A stretch of DNA of 62,791 nucleotides, counting the filler, from Phoronis australis (taxonomy: Eukaryota; Animalia; Phoronida), in the NCBI GenBank assembly GCA_002633005.1. It is 7 parts of 7 records of this genome, joined end to end, with 100 filler letters (N's around TTAATTAATTAA, not from the genome) between each part and the next. Parts side by side here need not be neighbours in the genome. Positions count along the whole stretch, not along the records: positions 45,150 to 54,942 come from NMRA01000642.1; positions 55,043 to 60,315 come from NMRA01001438.1; positions 60,416 to 62,791 come from NMRA01003706.1; 4 more parts are not named here. One strand, given 5' to 3'. This document shows positions 51,301-62,791 of the stretch, one piece after another; position 1 is the stretch's first letter, and each line of letters starts with the position of its first letter. Under the pieces are notes generated by a model, which worked only from the letters and a program-made list of their open reading frames with translations, ran no database searches and had not been told where the DNA came from. The position numbers and the translations under genes were made by a program.

Positions 51301-54274
51301 ATAATTTCACTGCCAGACTGAAAAGTTAATAAATTTGAAAAAGATGCATTGCATGAAAAAGTACATCTCTTGTTTTTGCAGACTAAAATAGAAAATTGCT
51401 CTATTTGTCCCGGATTAAAGCTGCACACCACGCCCCTCGTACCATCCCTTAACCCCTTTTCTTATATTTACTCACCCCAACAGTGTCTTGATAGGCGGGG
51501 CATGTCTCTTGATGTAGCCCAGGGCATCCCTCACTATACCACTCTCAAGGATCATATCCTTCAACTTTGACCCATTGGCGTTCTCCTACAAATAAAGTGA
51601 TAAGGCACACACTACGTTATATCACACACACAGAGTTAGCAATGCTCAAAGCAGGCCGATCAGAACATGCCGGAGATCTGGTCGTTTCAAAAGAGCATCC
51701 ACTGAGTCATGAACAGTTGCCACAGCAACAGAGAAGAGAGCCAAGATAATGATATCCAGTAAGTAATAGCTCGTCGTCATGATACCATTAACCAAACCAA
51801 AACAATACTAGAAAACAACAAATTTAAAGCAACCAATAAGGCACCAAAAACATATAACAGGGACACGTTCTTTTTTCAGAGGTGATTTTGCATCCACGAA
51901 ATGTCACCGTGGAGCTTATTTGGAAAAAATGATGGGGCTATTTTGGAAATTTGCATAGTCGATCACAGTGCAGCTGTGGGTTTTAAAAAAGCTGTAAGAG
52001 GGTGTCTGCATATGAGATCAGAAAATACCGGCAGGTGATTTGTTACTGAGTGCAAAGTTTTTATTGTTGACTTTTCTTTATCATGAATCGTACAGTAAAT
52101 ATGATTTTGAAACGTTCATTATGGACTTGATTTCACTTTTCAGCAGTTCGACGCCTCCAGTCAACCAGAACTGCTTAGTCCCTTTCAGGACTCAAATTGA
52201 GAAAATAATGACATCTTCCCCAATTTTCACACACATTTGTCCAGCGCCAGGCATGCAAAACGATCCCGAAAAAGCCCCATCAGTGTTTGTTTGGTTTTTT
52301 AAAATGAGCCCCCATGGGGGTTTTATGCTGGGTGGGGCTCCTTCGGAAACTCTCGGTAAAACCCCATCAGCCATGAATGGAGATTAACTTTTGGATTTAA
52401 AACAACAACACAAAACTAGTCTCAGTTTGCTCCTTACTCCAATCTGAAGTGACATTTGGGTTTAAGACGAACTGATGAACTGGTTGTCATAACCTACCTG
52501 GATGCCATTAGTGATAACACAGAAACATTCCAGGTGAATCTCTTCATCAGGAGTGTGCTCAGCATCAAATCTAAAACAAGGGAGAGAGAAATGACTTAAC
52601 CTCTGACCTTGAGTGAAGTGGGGACACCTACATGTCACTCCATGACTTAACCCCTGACCTTGAGTGAAGTGGGGACACCTACAGGTCACTCAATGACTTA
52701 ACCTCTGACCTTGAGTGAAGTGGGGACACCTACATGTCACTCCATAACTTAACCTCTGACCTTGAGTGAAGTGGGGACACCTACATGTCACTCCATGATT
52801 TAACCCCTGACCTTGAGTGAAGTGAAGACACCTACAGGTCACTCCATGACTTAACCCCTGACCTTGAGTGAAGTGGGGACACCTACAGGTCACTCAATGA
52901 CTTAACCCCTGCCCTTGGGTGAAGTGGGGACACCTACAGGTCACTCTAAGACTTGCACCCTGACGGAAGGATCCAAACTTTGGCTTCACATGTGACATGA
53001 TATGGAAGGTTTACGGCTATCGGAACATGAAAACCGATAAACATTATATACCAATCCCGAGTGTTATATTAGGTCACATGGATGGAAGGAAAGCAATATT
53101 GCCAATCAGAGGACAGAAGTATCAGTGATCATATGACAAAACATGATCACCACATGGTGGTGAACACTTACTTGTCAAAGTTGAGGTAAGGCTGGAAGTG
53201 GTTGATAAGTATCATCATCTTGTTATCCTCGCCGAAGGCCAGGAAGGGGATGAGCTTCATGAGAGCCTCCAATACACTGGTGTTGGCACGCACAAACGGG
53301 CTGTTGATACGGTCAAGCAACATGGTCAGCTGCTCAGTGTCACTGCACAGCTTGGAGAATTCCTGAAACACACAGCATCAGCAGTGCGCGGTAAATGAAA
53401 TATAATATACAGAATGATATATGAAGCTACCCAGTGAGAGCATATATGGTAAGAAGGCGGAGTCAGTGCCCATCATCAATTACTGTATACTTCTCCCACA
53501 GTGGGCTGCTGGCCTCAAACAGCATAATTACTCAATGGAACTCCACACCATATATGGTAACAAGGCGGAGTCAGTGCCTGTCACCACTTACTGTATACTG
53601 TTCCGGTGGTTAGCTGCTGGCCGCCAACGATATAATTACAATAATTATAGTTAAACTGCACACCACACCCTTTTCCATAAGAAGGCGGAGTCAGTGCCAG
53701 TCACTACTTACTGTATACTGCTCCGGTGGCTGGCTGCTGGCCTCCAACAGTATAATTTCCATAATTTGTAGGATCTGTTCAGTCAGTGTCTGGCCTTTGG
53801 TGGAGATGCCACTCTCTTGTTCAGCTAGAAGAGCCTGGAATTGACAGCGAATAAATGTTCAGTGAACACCAATCACATCATTAAGTCATGCAGCCTATCA
53901 AATATGAAGACCACTAGGCATTGCAGGGTCAAGGCTGTATTCAAGTTCCACATATAAAAATGTCCAAATCGTTAAAGCACCTACAGGTGAGGGCAACACC
54001 AAAATGATTGCCTCACCAACTTGTAACACAAAGTGCATCAGGGAATCAATGCAAAGCAGGTATGGCTTATTCACAGATTCAGTAATTAAAACGTTCATTC
54101 ACTTACCAAGTTGAGTGCGCCCAACATGACACTGATCGTACGCAGTCGAGGTTTGATCAGCTCGACACGGTTGACCTTGACCTTGACACAGAAGTTGAAT
54201 AGCTTGAGTAGGACAGTGATGAGCTGTCGACCGTGCACCATGTCACGGATAGCTGTCATACGGTGTAGCATCAC
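45346..54274 (-). CDS. UBR4: E3 ubiquitin ligase UBR4, C-terminal region, partial; 13 exons: 54274-54107, 53834-53712, 53362-53172, 52570-52498, 51585-51476, 51208-51109, 50773-50645, 49028-48939, 47991-47869, 47270-47137, 46904-46776, 46388-46194, 45430-45346
   Basis: Phase-compatible exons translate to the UBR4 C-terminus: [67 protein letters not shown]|[29 protein letters not shown]|[45 protein letters not shown]...KWVEAAFE. Confidence 0.96.
47244..47490. repeat. 73-bp tandem repeat made from a UBR4 intron/exon junction (about 3.4 copies)
   Basis: CAGCAAGCAC recurs at 47261, 47334 and 47407; diverged fourth copy at 47480. Confidence 0.95.
49845..50010. repeat. About 42-bp intronic tandem repeat x4
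   Basis: GGTAGTAAGAAACTGACTATGATATGTAC core. Confidence 0.85.
52591..52963. repeat. 51-bp intronic minisatellite x7
   Basis: ATGACTTAACCYCTGACCTTGAGTGAAGTGGGGACACCTACAKGTCACTCC starting at 52591, 52642, 52693 and onward. Confidence 0.95.
53440..53765. repeat. About 115-bp triplication of a UBR4 exon 3' end plus donor
   Basis: AAGGCGGAGTCAGTGCC..TTACTGTATACT..GCTGCTGGCC..ATAATT occurs three times; the last copy overlaps exon 53712-53834. Confidence 0.85.
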
Positions 54275-54738
54275 CTGCAGGCAAGAGAGACATGTGCCAT
54301 TTGAAGTAGGTCAGGCAACCGGTTGGCAATAAAGGTTAGCAGTAAAAGTTGGAAGCCTAAAAATAGCTGCAGCAGACCACAATAAAATTGGGTCTGCTGA
54401 TGGCCAGTCAGCAGTCAAAGTTGGCAGTAGGAGTCGGCAGTGCGGTCGGCTGCCGGTCTGCTAAAAATCAGTAGACGGTCGGCTATTCTGTCAACCTGTC
54501 ATCAACTTGTTTCAAGCTGGTCAGACAAAAATTCATGACCTGTGCCGTAGCACTGAACAAGAATCTTATAATGCATGAAATAGGCACACAAAGGGAAACC
54601 ACATTCTACAGACTGTAGATTTCAAAATAAAGTTGAAAAGGGTAATTGACGCTGATCTAACCTCCAAAGGAACAATAAAATATCGTCCTTCAAGTTGGCC
54701 ATTGGAACTATTCTTTTCCAAATTCAGGTCATGGTCCA

Positions 54739-54942
54739 GGACATTATCGCAGTGTAAACACACACTAAATAGTTTCTTGTCTAATGACTACACCTGGACA
54801 TTATCGCAGTGTAAACACACACTAAATAGTTCCTTGTCTAATGACTATACCTGGACATTATCGCAGTGTAAACACACACTAAATAGTTCCTTGTCTAATG
54901 ACTATACCTGGACATTATCGCAGTGTAAACACACACTAAATA
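54739..54942. repeat. 57-bp tandem repeat (about 3.6 copies, runs into contig end)
   Basis: GGACATTATCGCAGTGTAAACACACACTAAATAGTTCCTTGTCTAATGACTATACCT repeated. Confidence 0.95.
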
Positions 54943-55042
54943 NNNNNNNNNNNNNNNNNNNNNNNNNNNNNNNNNNNNNNNNNNNNTTAATTAATTAANN
55001 NNNNNNNNNNNNNNNNNNNNNNNNNNNNNNNNNNNNNNNNNN
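54943..55042. other. Artificial contig linker
   Basis: N44-TTAATTAATTAA-N44. Confidence 0.98.
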
Positions 55043-55292
55043 AAATCTGTGTTTTCACACCTCCAGGGATTTTCTCAAATATAATGGGCACCAAGAGGTC
55101 ACCATAGGAGTCTTCTGTCTTACCCAGGGTCCTCAGTTCCCGGATGTACGTCTCAAGGGTGTCACGAAAGTGGAGTAGACTGGCACTAGTTGGCTGTGGG
55201 GGTTTGATTTCCCACAGAGCTTTCATATACATGTAAGCATTGACCTATAGAGTAGATTTTCCATACCTGTCAGCAAGCAGGTCCATGGCTTC
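55043..55292 (-). mobile_element. BEL/Pao LTR retrotransposon gag (DUF1759-like) fragment
   Basis: EAMDLLADRYGK..*VNAYMYMKALWEIKPP..ASLLHFRDTLETYIRELRTLGKTEDSYGDLLVPIIFEKIP matches the BEL/Pao gag pattern; contains a stop. Confidence 0.85.
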
Positions 55293-55657
55293 TATATCAT
55301 AACGCTAAACCCTCGTGAGAGACCGCCCCGAGTTGGCTGCTGGAGCAACTCGGGGCGGTCTGGGATCAAGCGGAAAAACCACAGGGTAAATCTGTGGTCG
55401 ACGACTCTATTCGGTCGATTACATTTTATTGCCCGGGAAGCCGCTAAGGGCTGCCTGAAGAAATATGACTCGCGCGTTTGTATTTTCGCCTTTTTCAATG
55501 ACATGTAAAAGATTCATCAACAAATTCCTCGTAGAATTCTGAAAACAAGCGTTTTTCTCCCACTAAAATCGATGAAGTTTTGGCCGAGATATTTCACTTT
55601 CAGTCCAGGCTAGCCCTGCGCACTCAGAGAATCGTCACACAAGATTACTACGCGGTA

Positions 55658-56000
55658 ATGCGGTTTCACTGTCAACAAAGGAAGACGTCAAAATCGACTT
55701 ATAATTGTCATTTTTAAACTATTTGCATGTTAAATTATCAAAATGTAAGTAAAATAGTACTCTATATTTTAACAAGAAAACAGCAATTTCATTTTGGTGA
55801 ACATGTCTATAAGGACCTAACTCGCGCATGGTGAATGCGGTTTCACTGTCAACAAAGGAAGACGTCAAAATCGACTTATAATTGTCATTTTTAAACTATT
55901 TGCATGTTAAGTTATCAAAATTTAAGTAAAATCGTACTCTATATTTTAACAAGAAAACAGCATTTACATTTTGGTGAACATGACCTAACTCGCGCATGGT
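55658..56000. repeat. About 177-bp tandem duplication
   Basis: ATGCGGTTTCACTGTCAACAAAGGAAGACGTCAAAATCGAC...GACCTAACTCGCGCATGGTG occurs twice. Confidence 0.9.
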
Positions 56001-56080
56001 GGTGAGTAGTGAGTCCGGCCAACACGTGAGGATGGCTGTGTTGTTGTTTTTGCTCTCAACTCAAAAGTAACCGTTTCAAA

Positions 56081-56288
56081 ATGGAAGATGGACAGAAAAT
56101 GCAGGCAGTTGACGAAAACGGCCATTGGAAGGAAGCAATTGTGCGGGGAGTAAATGACAGCGCTGGGAATTCACGTCGGTTTTCCTGGATGGCCGTCTGA
56201 GTTTGACCAGCTCGTCGAGCCGTGATTCGTGAGAGGCTGAGCCGATCGACTACATCGGGCTCGGTACCTGGACCTGGTGAAGAAAAAT
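56081..56288 (+). pseudogene. Frameshifted first exon encoding a Tudor / chromo-barrel (Royal family) domain
   Basis: CAAAATGG start; MEDGQKMQAVDENGHWKEAIVRGVNDSA, then a one-base shift to GIHVGFPGWPSEFDQLVEP; GTAAGT donor at 56289. Confidence 0.6.
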
Positions 56289-56318
56289 GTAAGTATTTTT
56301 TGTCATCCCTTATGCTCG

Positions 56319-56622
56319 CATGATGCTGTTGGCTGTATAGATAAAGTATACCGTGTTTGCGTGGGATTTTGTGTTCATGAAATTACAGACTTAGTATGTA
56401 CTTGTACCACATTTAAAGTCAGAGAAACATTGTTACTTAGTGAAAGATAAACGTCTGGGCGAATATACCATAGCATGATGCTGTTGGCTGTATAGATAAA
56501 GTATACCGTGTTTGCGTGGGATTTTGTGTTCATGAAATTACAGACTATGCACTTGTACCACATTTAAAGTCAGAGAAACATTGTTACTTAGTGAAAGATA
56601 AACGTCTGGGCGATTATACCAT
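56319..56622. repeat. About 154-bp tandem duplication
   Basis: CATGATGCTGTTGGCTGTATAGATAAAGTATACCGTG...AAACGTCTGGGCGA occurs twice. Confidence 0.9.
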
Positions 56623-59600
56623 GGTGCCTTCAATGTTGTGTTTGTTCTTTGTAAAGTAGATTTACTGTAACAAGTCCGATGTTGTCGGATTGGATTGGTA
56701 TTCCGGGATTTTCAATGCCAGTGGCAGATCCAGAATTTTTGGAATGGTGTTCGCAAATGAAATAATGCCAAGCCATTGTTTTAAATTACCATTTAAGTTT
56801 TATTAATAAGAGGTGGACACAGCAATCTTCAGTCGTGTCTTTGTTACCTTGTTCTCATTTCTTTACATTTGTTTATGTTTCATTTTCTTGTTTTCTGTAG
56901 ATCCCCCCAACCCCCTTGCTATAGTGCACTCTCTGTTGACTGAAATTGATGACATAATATATTGATAAGCCATTGTATTCTGCATACCAGTACTAGCCTA
57001 ACCCTTAGTCCTACACACCTGGCCCTATTGTTCACTCTTGACTTTTGTTTACAAAGTAATCCAGTCCAGTCTACACCCTGATTGCTTAGTTTAATATTTA
57101 CCAATGAGTAAACTGTATTTCAGTTGTTGAACCTTTTCTTACTATCATGCAGCTCTTGCTTGACAGTGCACATGTACTTTTATCTCCTCTTTTTCGAACA
57201 TTTACCAGTGAGTAAACTGTATTTCACTTGTTGAACCTTTTCTTACTATCATGCAGCTCTTGCTTGACAGTGCACAATCACATGTACTTTTATCTCCTCT
57301 TTTTCGAACCACTCATTACGCGTTTTATGGGGTTCGGTTTCTTTTCATGAATGTTTTCATCGTTGGTTTCTAATTCGTTCAACTGCTTCCCAAAACGTCC
57401 ATTTCTTCATAATTTTAAAACTCCTCAGTCCTGAGCATTGAGCAACACTCAACAATCCCTCTCAAAACTGTTGCCCTTCCAAACAGTGATGTGACCTTCT
57501 GACTACATGAGTGTAAGTTGTGGTACACTACTGCACGTGCACAAGGTCATCAGCACTAGAAGTTTTAAAATCACACCACCAAAACTGTGACTGTTTACAT
57601 TTCAGAGAGCTCGCCATGACAATTTCAAGAAGGTATACCGCTTGACAGAACTTGCATTTATGTACACGTTTAAGCCTGGAGAATACAGACTTGATCAGGG
57701 CTTGGGATTTCCGTCTTTTAAGAGGAATTCTTTTTTTGGTGTCGATTTTCTCTGATTGGATTTCCAGTTTCCTCTTTTTATGATTTTTTTCGACTTTATT
57801 AAATGTTTAGTTCAGGTAAATTTTACGTCCAAAAATGTCTATCACCCAAGCCTATTTTTTGTGTATCATACATCAGCTGGAAATTTCTCCGCTGTTTTTG
57901 TTATTGCTCATTCCAAGCTCTGCTTATTTTTCGTGAAGTAACTAGAATGGATTTCATAACATATCAGTTTATTGTACTGGATTCTTCTTGGGTTTATCAA
58001 CTGTAAACTAACACTAATAGGAGCATAGGATAATAGCCACCTGTCTTAAGTTCGCACAAAAGTAGAGTACAAAATTCCAAACGTAATTTCGAGTTCCAAT
58101 TCCTGTAAAAAGATCAATGACAGGGCTCAGGTATTAATTCCGGTATTTTTGGCACTTAATCATGTTTGAAAGTGTTGTACTGTGTTTGGAAATTTGTTTG
58201 AAAAGCTGTCTTTTTTCTGCTCAACAGCTTATGATCTTACTGGATTCAAGGGCCCACCAGAGCATTTATTAGTATGCCCTCCACTCATTTGCAATGTTCT
58301 ATGTATATCAAATGCTTTGAGATGCCAGCAGGGTAGTATTCTGCATGCAGCTTTGTTGACCATTGTGGTCAGTGAGAATGTCCTACTCACATGTGTATGA
58401 ATGCATAGTATGTGCACCTCGTTCATGTACCACACCAGTATTGCCTGTGTGGTTTTGGAAATGTGTAAGCTGCTTGTGTTGTATGGGCATTGTTGAGCTT
58501 GAAATGCTAGTTTTACTCCTATAAAACTAGGGATGTATTTATTGCGACATGTGTCCGTTATTGTTGCACCTGTGTGGTTTTGGAAATGTGTAAGCTGCTT
58601 GTGTTGTATGGGCATTGTTGAGCTTGAAATGCTAGTTTTACTCCAATAAAACTAGGGATGTATTTATTGCGACATGTGTCCCTTATTGTTGTTACTAGTT
58701 TATTGCTTAACCAGTGTATCCATTTTGAATATTCTTCAAGCCTTGGATGACTGATCTTTTCAGTTTAGGATAGTTATTGTTTGCGTCCCATGAAGTGAAT
58801 TGCATACTGTCTTTTTTAGTATTTTTATTCAGTGACTCCTGGTGTGGTTTTGAAAATGGTTGTTTTTAGGCTAAAATGCAGATTTTTTACTAAGTTCTGC
58901 AATGACCCTGTCATTTCCACATGGCTATCTTGAAAAGCAAATTCTTGTATACATATTGTCATCTTTTGAGGTGTGTAATTTATTGCGGTTTTCAGTGACT
59001 GGTTCCACCAGGGATAACAGTATTGTGCACCTACCGGTACTTTGCTCAAACCCATGTTTCATATTATTATATTGATAACTTTTCCTCGTGAAGGTAGTGA
59101 TCTCAGCAGTTATATCACTTATGGTGTTTTGTCAAGTAGTAGAACCTTGAAGGCTCCTATGCTGTAGTTAAGTCCCACTTTAAATATTTTGCTCACCATG
59201 TGAGTTATTGTTTATATGGAGGGATTCGTACTTATGGGTGATCTCATCAGGGATTGCATGTAACACTATTTGGGTGTGTATATTTGTTACATGTTCATTG
59301 CATAAAGTGTATTGTTTATATTGCAGAGTTTATAATTGTTAATTTAAAAGATTTCGGTAGGTTATCTCAACAGTGCTTAGTGCATGTTTTGCTCATCCTG
59401 TGAAGTGTAATATTTATGCTGAAGAGTTTATCATCGCTAGTGCCTGTGTCCCTTATTGCTTTTCCCATAGTATGAACAACTAGTCATGTAGTGTAATATT
59501 TATACTGAAGAGTTTATCATCGCTAGTGCCTGTGTCCCTTATTGCTTTTCCCATAGTATGAACAACTGGTCATGTTAACGTTTGAAATTCTCATGTACAA

Positions 59601-60315
59601 TATAGATTACACTATTCCGAAATCTTACACTTATTTTCATTGCCCAAGCACTAATCTGAAAAGTGGCCTACTAGTTATGTGGAATGCGCACAATGCATTG
59701 TTAAAGCGAGGTGATCCTATGCTGCTGGGTTTTTGTTTTCTTACTCTTTGTGAATGCAGTGCCTGTAACTCGCATTTATTCCTAAGTTTATGCAATCATT
59801 TTAAATTACAAAACATGAAACCCTGGGAACCGGTGGGGCAGTTAAATTTTGACATCGACAATATATACGTGTCTTTTGAAGTAGTAGCCCGTTGTAGGGA
59901 GCCACGACCAAAAATATGGGTACACATCACATGTTTAACCACAAACAACAAGTGAAAGAGTTACTTTTTCAGGTAAGCGACGCGTTGCGCGCTTTGGTTC
60001 TTTTTGTCCGTTTTAGGTGGCAAGTGGCGCTTTTTTCTTTGACGATTTCGCTGAGGTACGTTTCAGAAAATCGTACTGTAGGCCTAAGTCATTTTTTCTG
60101 TGCCAGTTAATTTAGGTACGCAGCAACTGAAAAAATGGATAAATCACGTCATTTTAAATCTCCATATCGCTCCGTTATGGCCACTTCGACTTGGATGGAT
60201 TTTGGCTCTTTCAAACACTCCACCATGCTCTATTTTCTGAAGTTCGTTAACGAAAACGCGTACCAGGATGTAAGGTTCGTGCCCTCCCCCTCGAGTTTTA
60301 GTTGGCAATTTTGAC

Positions 60316-60415
60316 NNNNNNNNNNNNNNNNNNNNNNNNNNNNNNNNNNNNNNNNNNNNTTAATTAATTAANNNNNNNNNNNNNNNNNNNNNNNNNNNNN
60401 NNNNNNNNNNNNNNN
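60316..60415. other. Artificial contig linker
   Basis: N44-TTAATTAATTAA-N44. Confidence 0.98.
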
Positions 60416-60517
60416 ACGTGTATAAGTCTTGACAACATTCCATAAACAAATGTGACAATGTATTGTACAAAATTACAGCTACAATTGTGTGCGAACAGCA
60501 AACATGCTCAAACAGGA

Positions 60518-60590
60518 GGCAGTGTGGCCTGGTTGATAAGTGCCCGCTTTCTTTACTCGAGGTCGTGGGTTCAAATCCCACCAGGTCACA
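60518..60590 (+). mobile_element. tRNA-derived SINE head (not a functional tRNA)
   Basis: A-box-like TGGCCTGGTTG and T-arm/B-box GTGGGTTCAAATCCCAC; acceptor and anticodon stems do not pair well. Confidence 0.6.
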
Positions 60591-62629
60591 CTGCTAAACC
60601 CTTGAGCCAGGTTTCTAGCTCCTCAGCTCGGTTTTAACCATATATTAATAAAGCATAAAAATATTTCCAGGTGAACAGTGCAATGGGCCCACATGCGAGG
60701 CCTGCACACGTCTGATACAACGTGTATCAGACCGCCTGCAGTTATTTTTTTTATTATTTTATTCCATAAATGAAAAAATACAGCGAGTACATAGAGCGTT
60801 ACTACTTGCCAGACTCACAATGTATGGCGCTATTTTGTCAAGTCATGCATAGTCTGAGTTCAGGCATTTCTTGGATCTACAGAATGCAGGTGTGGCATTT
60901 TAGGTGGTGAGGTTTAACCTCAGCGTGATCAGATGGCAAATACTTTGAGAATCTTTTTGTTTCACACAAAACAATTGCTTAAGTTTGATGTACTCATTTG
61001 ATGCATTTTGAAGCTCATTTCAATTTTGTATTTTCATAGGATTCTTGCTTCATCATACTCGCACCAAAAACATATAACAGACTGAACATGTGCTGTCATA
61101 GTGAGCTCATATGACATGTGCCATTGTTTGTCATATTACTCAAAAGCCATCACGTTTACTGCAATATTGATGTTTGTGAGCCGAAAAACATCCCATAATG
61201 CATTTGTAATGATTAACAACAGCAGTACCACATATGAATTCCCTCAAATTACGGCAATCTCAAACCGCAGGACTTGGAATGACCAATGACAGAAAAAGAG
61301 GAAAATTTTCCAGGTGAAGTATCGTTCCATATTAAAATAAATAGGCTTGTGTGAAAGAAATATTTTTGTGTTGAAAAAATTTAACTGAAAGAAATGTTTT
61401 TTGTGTGACTTAAGTCAAAATAATGATAAAAAAGAGACATAAAAAGAAGAAACTGGACATCAAATAAGAGGAAATCGAAACCAAAAAGAAGAAATCCTTT
61501 TAAAAGAGGAAAATTCCAATCCCTTTAAAAGACGCCAAAAGCGCAAAATTACAGAGAACACTGTGATAATTACGAACAGTCCCATATACCACAAGGACGC
61601 TAACCTGTGGGTGTTGGACACGTAGAATCCTATACCACCCCCTCTCGTGCACTCTGCAATACTCTTAACATGCAGAGGTCTACTGTGTGCCACTAGTGCC
61701 TGTATCTCTGCTTCATAGGAAGCCTTGATTATCCCAGTAGCATCTATCATAGCACCAGCATCTCTGAAAGAATAGAGTTGATAAGGTTTTATTTAGCTTT
61801 CAATTCATTCAAACAAAACTTGCCTTGATACAGGCTGTTTGAAAACCAAAACCCATTCTGAGATTGATGAATTGACCTATCGCAAGCTCCGACCCTTTGC
61901 GAAATGTCGACAAACGAACAATTATTTTTTTCCCAGCAACGTGTTGTTTGTCGGGTAAAATGGCAGCTTGGAAACAAAGGTGTGTCAAGAAGGCTGCGTT
62001 CTGATTGGTCATTTAAGACGCCACTCAAAGTCCTGGCGATAGGTCAATTTCCACAACAAAAACACGCCTCACCAACTCTTTTCATGGAAGACACATAAAG
62101 CAGTTAAGAATCAGTTGGTATACATTGTCACTCAAGTAATGGTACTTGACTACGTTACATGCCAGCACAAATTAACTTCTTTCCATTAACAAAGGTCCAC
62201 ATTTTTGAAATAGCCCAGTTCGTACATTGCACACTTCTAGCTTGACACAACTCTGCACCAATACGTGATAGTACTTTACAGCTAACAAATTTACTGCAGC
62301 ATGTGTAAACATCAGACACTGGGTTGTAACGAGTCCATCTTAACGTCAATATTGTGAACGGGTTTCATACTAATTGTAAACATAGAACGCTATGTAAAAT
62401 GCACTGTTGAAAAAACAAAATTTGGCTGCGATTTCAAAAAAGTTGAAAAAATAATCAATATTGTGAACGGGTGTCACACTAATTGTCAACGTAGAATGCT
62501 ACGTAAAATGTATTGTTGAGAAAACAAAATTTGGCTGCAATTTCAAAAAAGCTGGGAAAATAAACACCTGTTCTATTGCCTGGCAAACAGAATCTTACAC
62601 GGTTGTATCGAGTCCGTAAAAGAAAGAAT

Positions 62630-62791
62630 CAGTGAACTCTGATTGGTCAGATAAGATATAGAGTGAACTCTGATTGGTCAGATAAGATATGCAGTGAACT
62701 CTGATTGGTCAGATAAGATATGCAGTGAACTCTGATTGGTCAGATAAGATATGCAGTGAACTCTGATTGGTCAGATAAGATATGCAGTGAA
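62630..62791. repeat. 31-bp minisatellite, more than 5 copies, runs off the window
   Basis: AGTGAACTCTGATTGGTCAGATAAGATATGC at 62631, 62662, 62693, 62724 and 62755. Confidence 0.96.

Noticed and set aside
52462-52893. Cys/His-rich repeat peptides ([11 protein letters not shown])
   Set aside because: Chance translation of a 51-bp minisatellite; only 52498-52570 is a real UBR4 exon.
56719-56920. Another CAGTGGCAGATC family-A-like start
   Set aside because: No convincing matching right TIR or TSD found.
4532-60415. Six identical N44-TTAATTAATTAA-N44 blocks, and apparent linkage of ADGRV1, CPT1, the Ig genes and UBR4
   Set aside because: Synthetic concatenation linkers; gene neighbourhood across them has no biological meaning.
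60518-60590. Possible tRNA gene
   Set aside because: Only the T-arm pairs; acceptor and anticodon stems fail, so it is called a SINE head.
45150-62791. 31-73-bp repeat arrays as CRISPR candidates
   Set aside because: Units are head-to-tail with no unique spacers, there are no cas genes, and the context is eukaryotic introns.

Overview
This window is not one locus. It is seven animal genomic contigs (AT-rich marine invertebrate, probably lophotrochozoan; taxon is inference) joined by six identical artificial 100-bp linkers (N44-TTAATTAATTAA-N44). Contig 1 (1-4531) has four Calx-beta exons of ADGRV1/VLGR1. Contig 2 (4632-22815) has a DNA-transposase remnant, the 3' exons of a damaged-looking CPT1 gene and several MITEs. 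Contig 3 (22916-28802) is repeat DNA, including a Helentron-like element whose tandem core carries a CTCF-like motif in every monomer. Contig 4 (28903-45049) is the most unusual: a cluster of intron-poor NCAM/Fasciclin-2-like Ig/FN3 membrane-protein genes, with one long open TM-type copy, one pseudogenised GPI-type paralog and further decayed Ig/FN3 remnants on both strands. Contig 5 (45150-54942) has 13 minus-strand UBR4 exons, with repeated duplication of exon boundaries and one TG acceptor. Contig 6 (55043-60315) has a BEL/Pao gag fragment and a decayed Tudor/chromo-barrel exon. Contig 7 (60416-62791) has a SINE head and minisatellites. No CRISPR array, rRNA or prokaryotic operon is visible. 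All family calls come from motif recognition by eye, without database searches.
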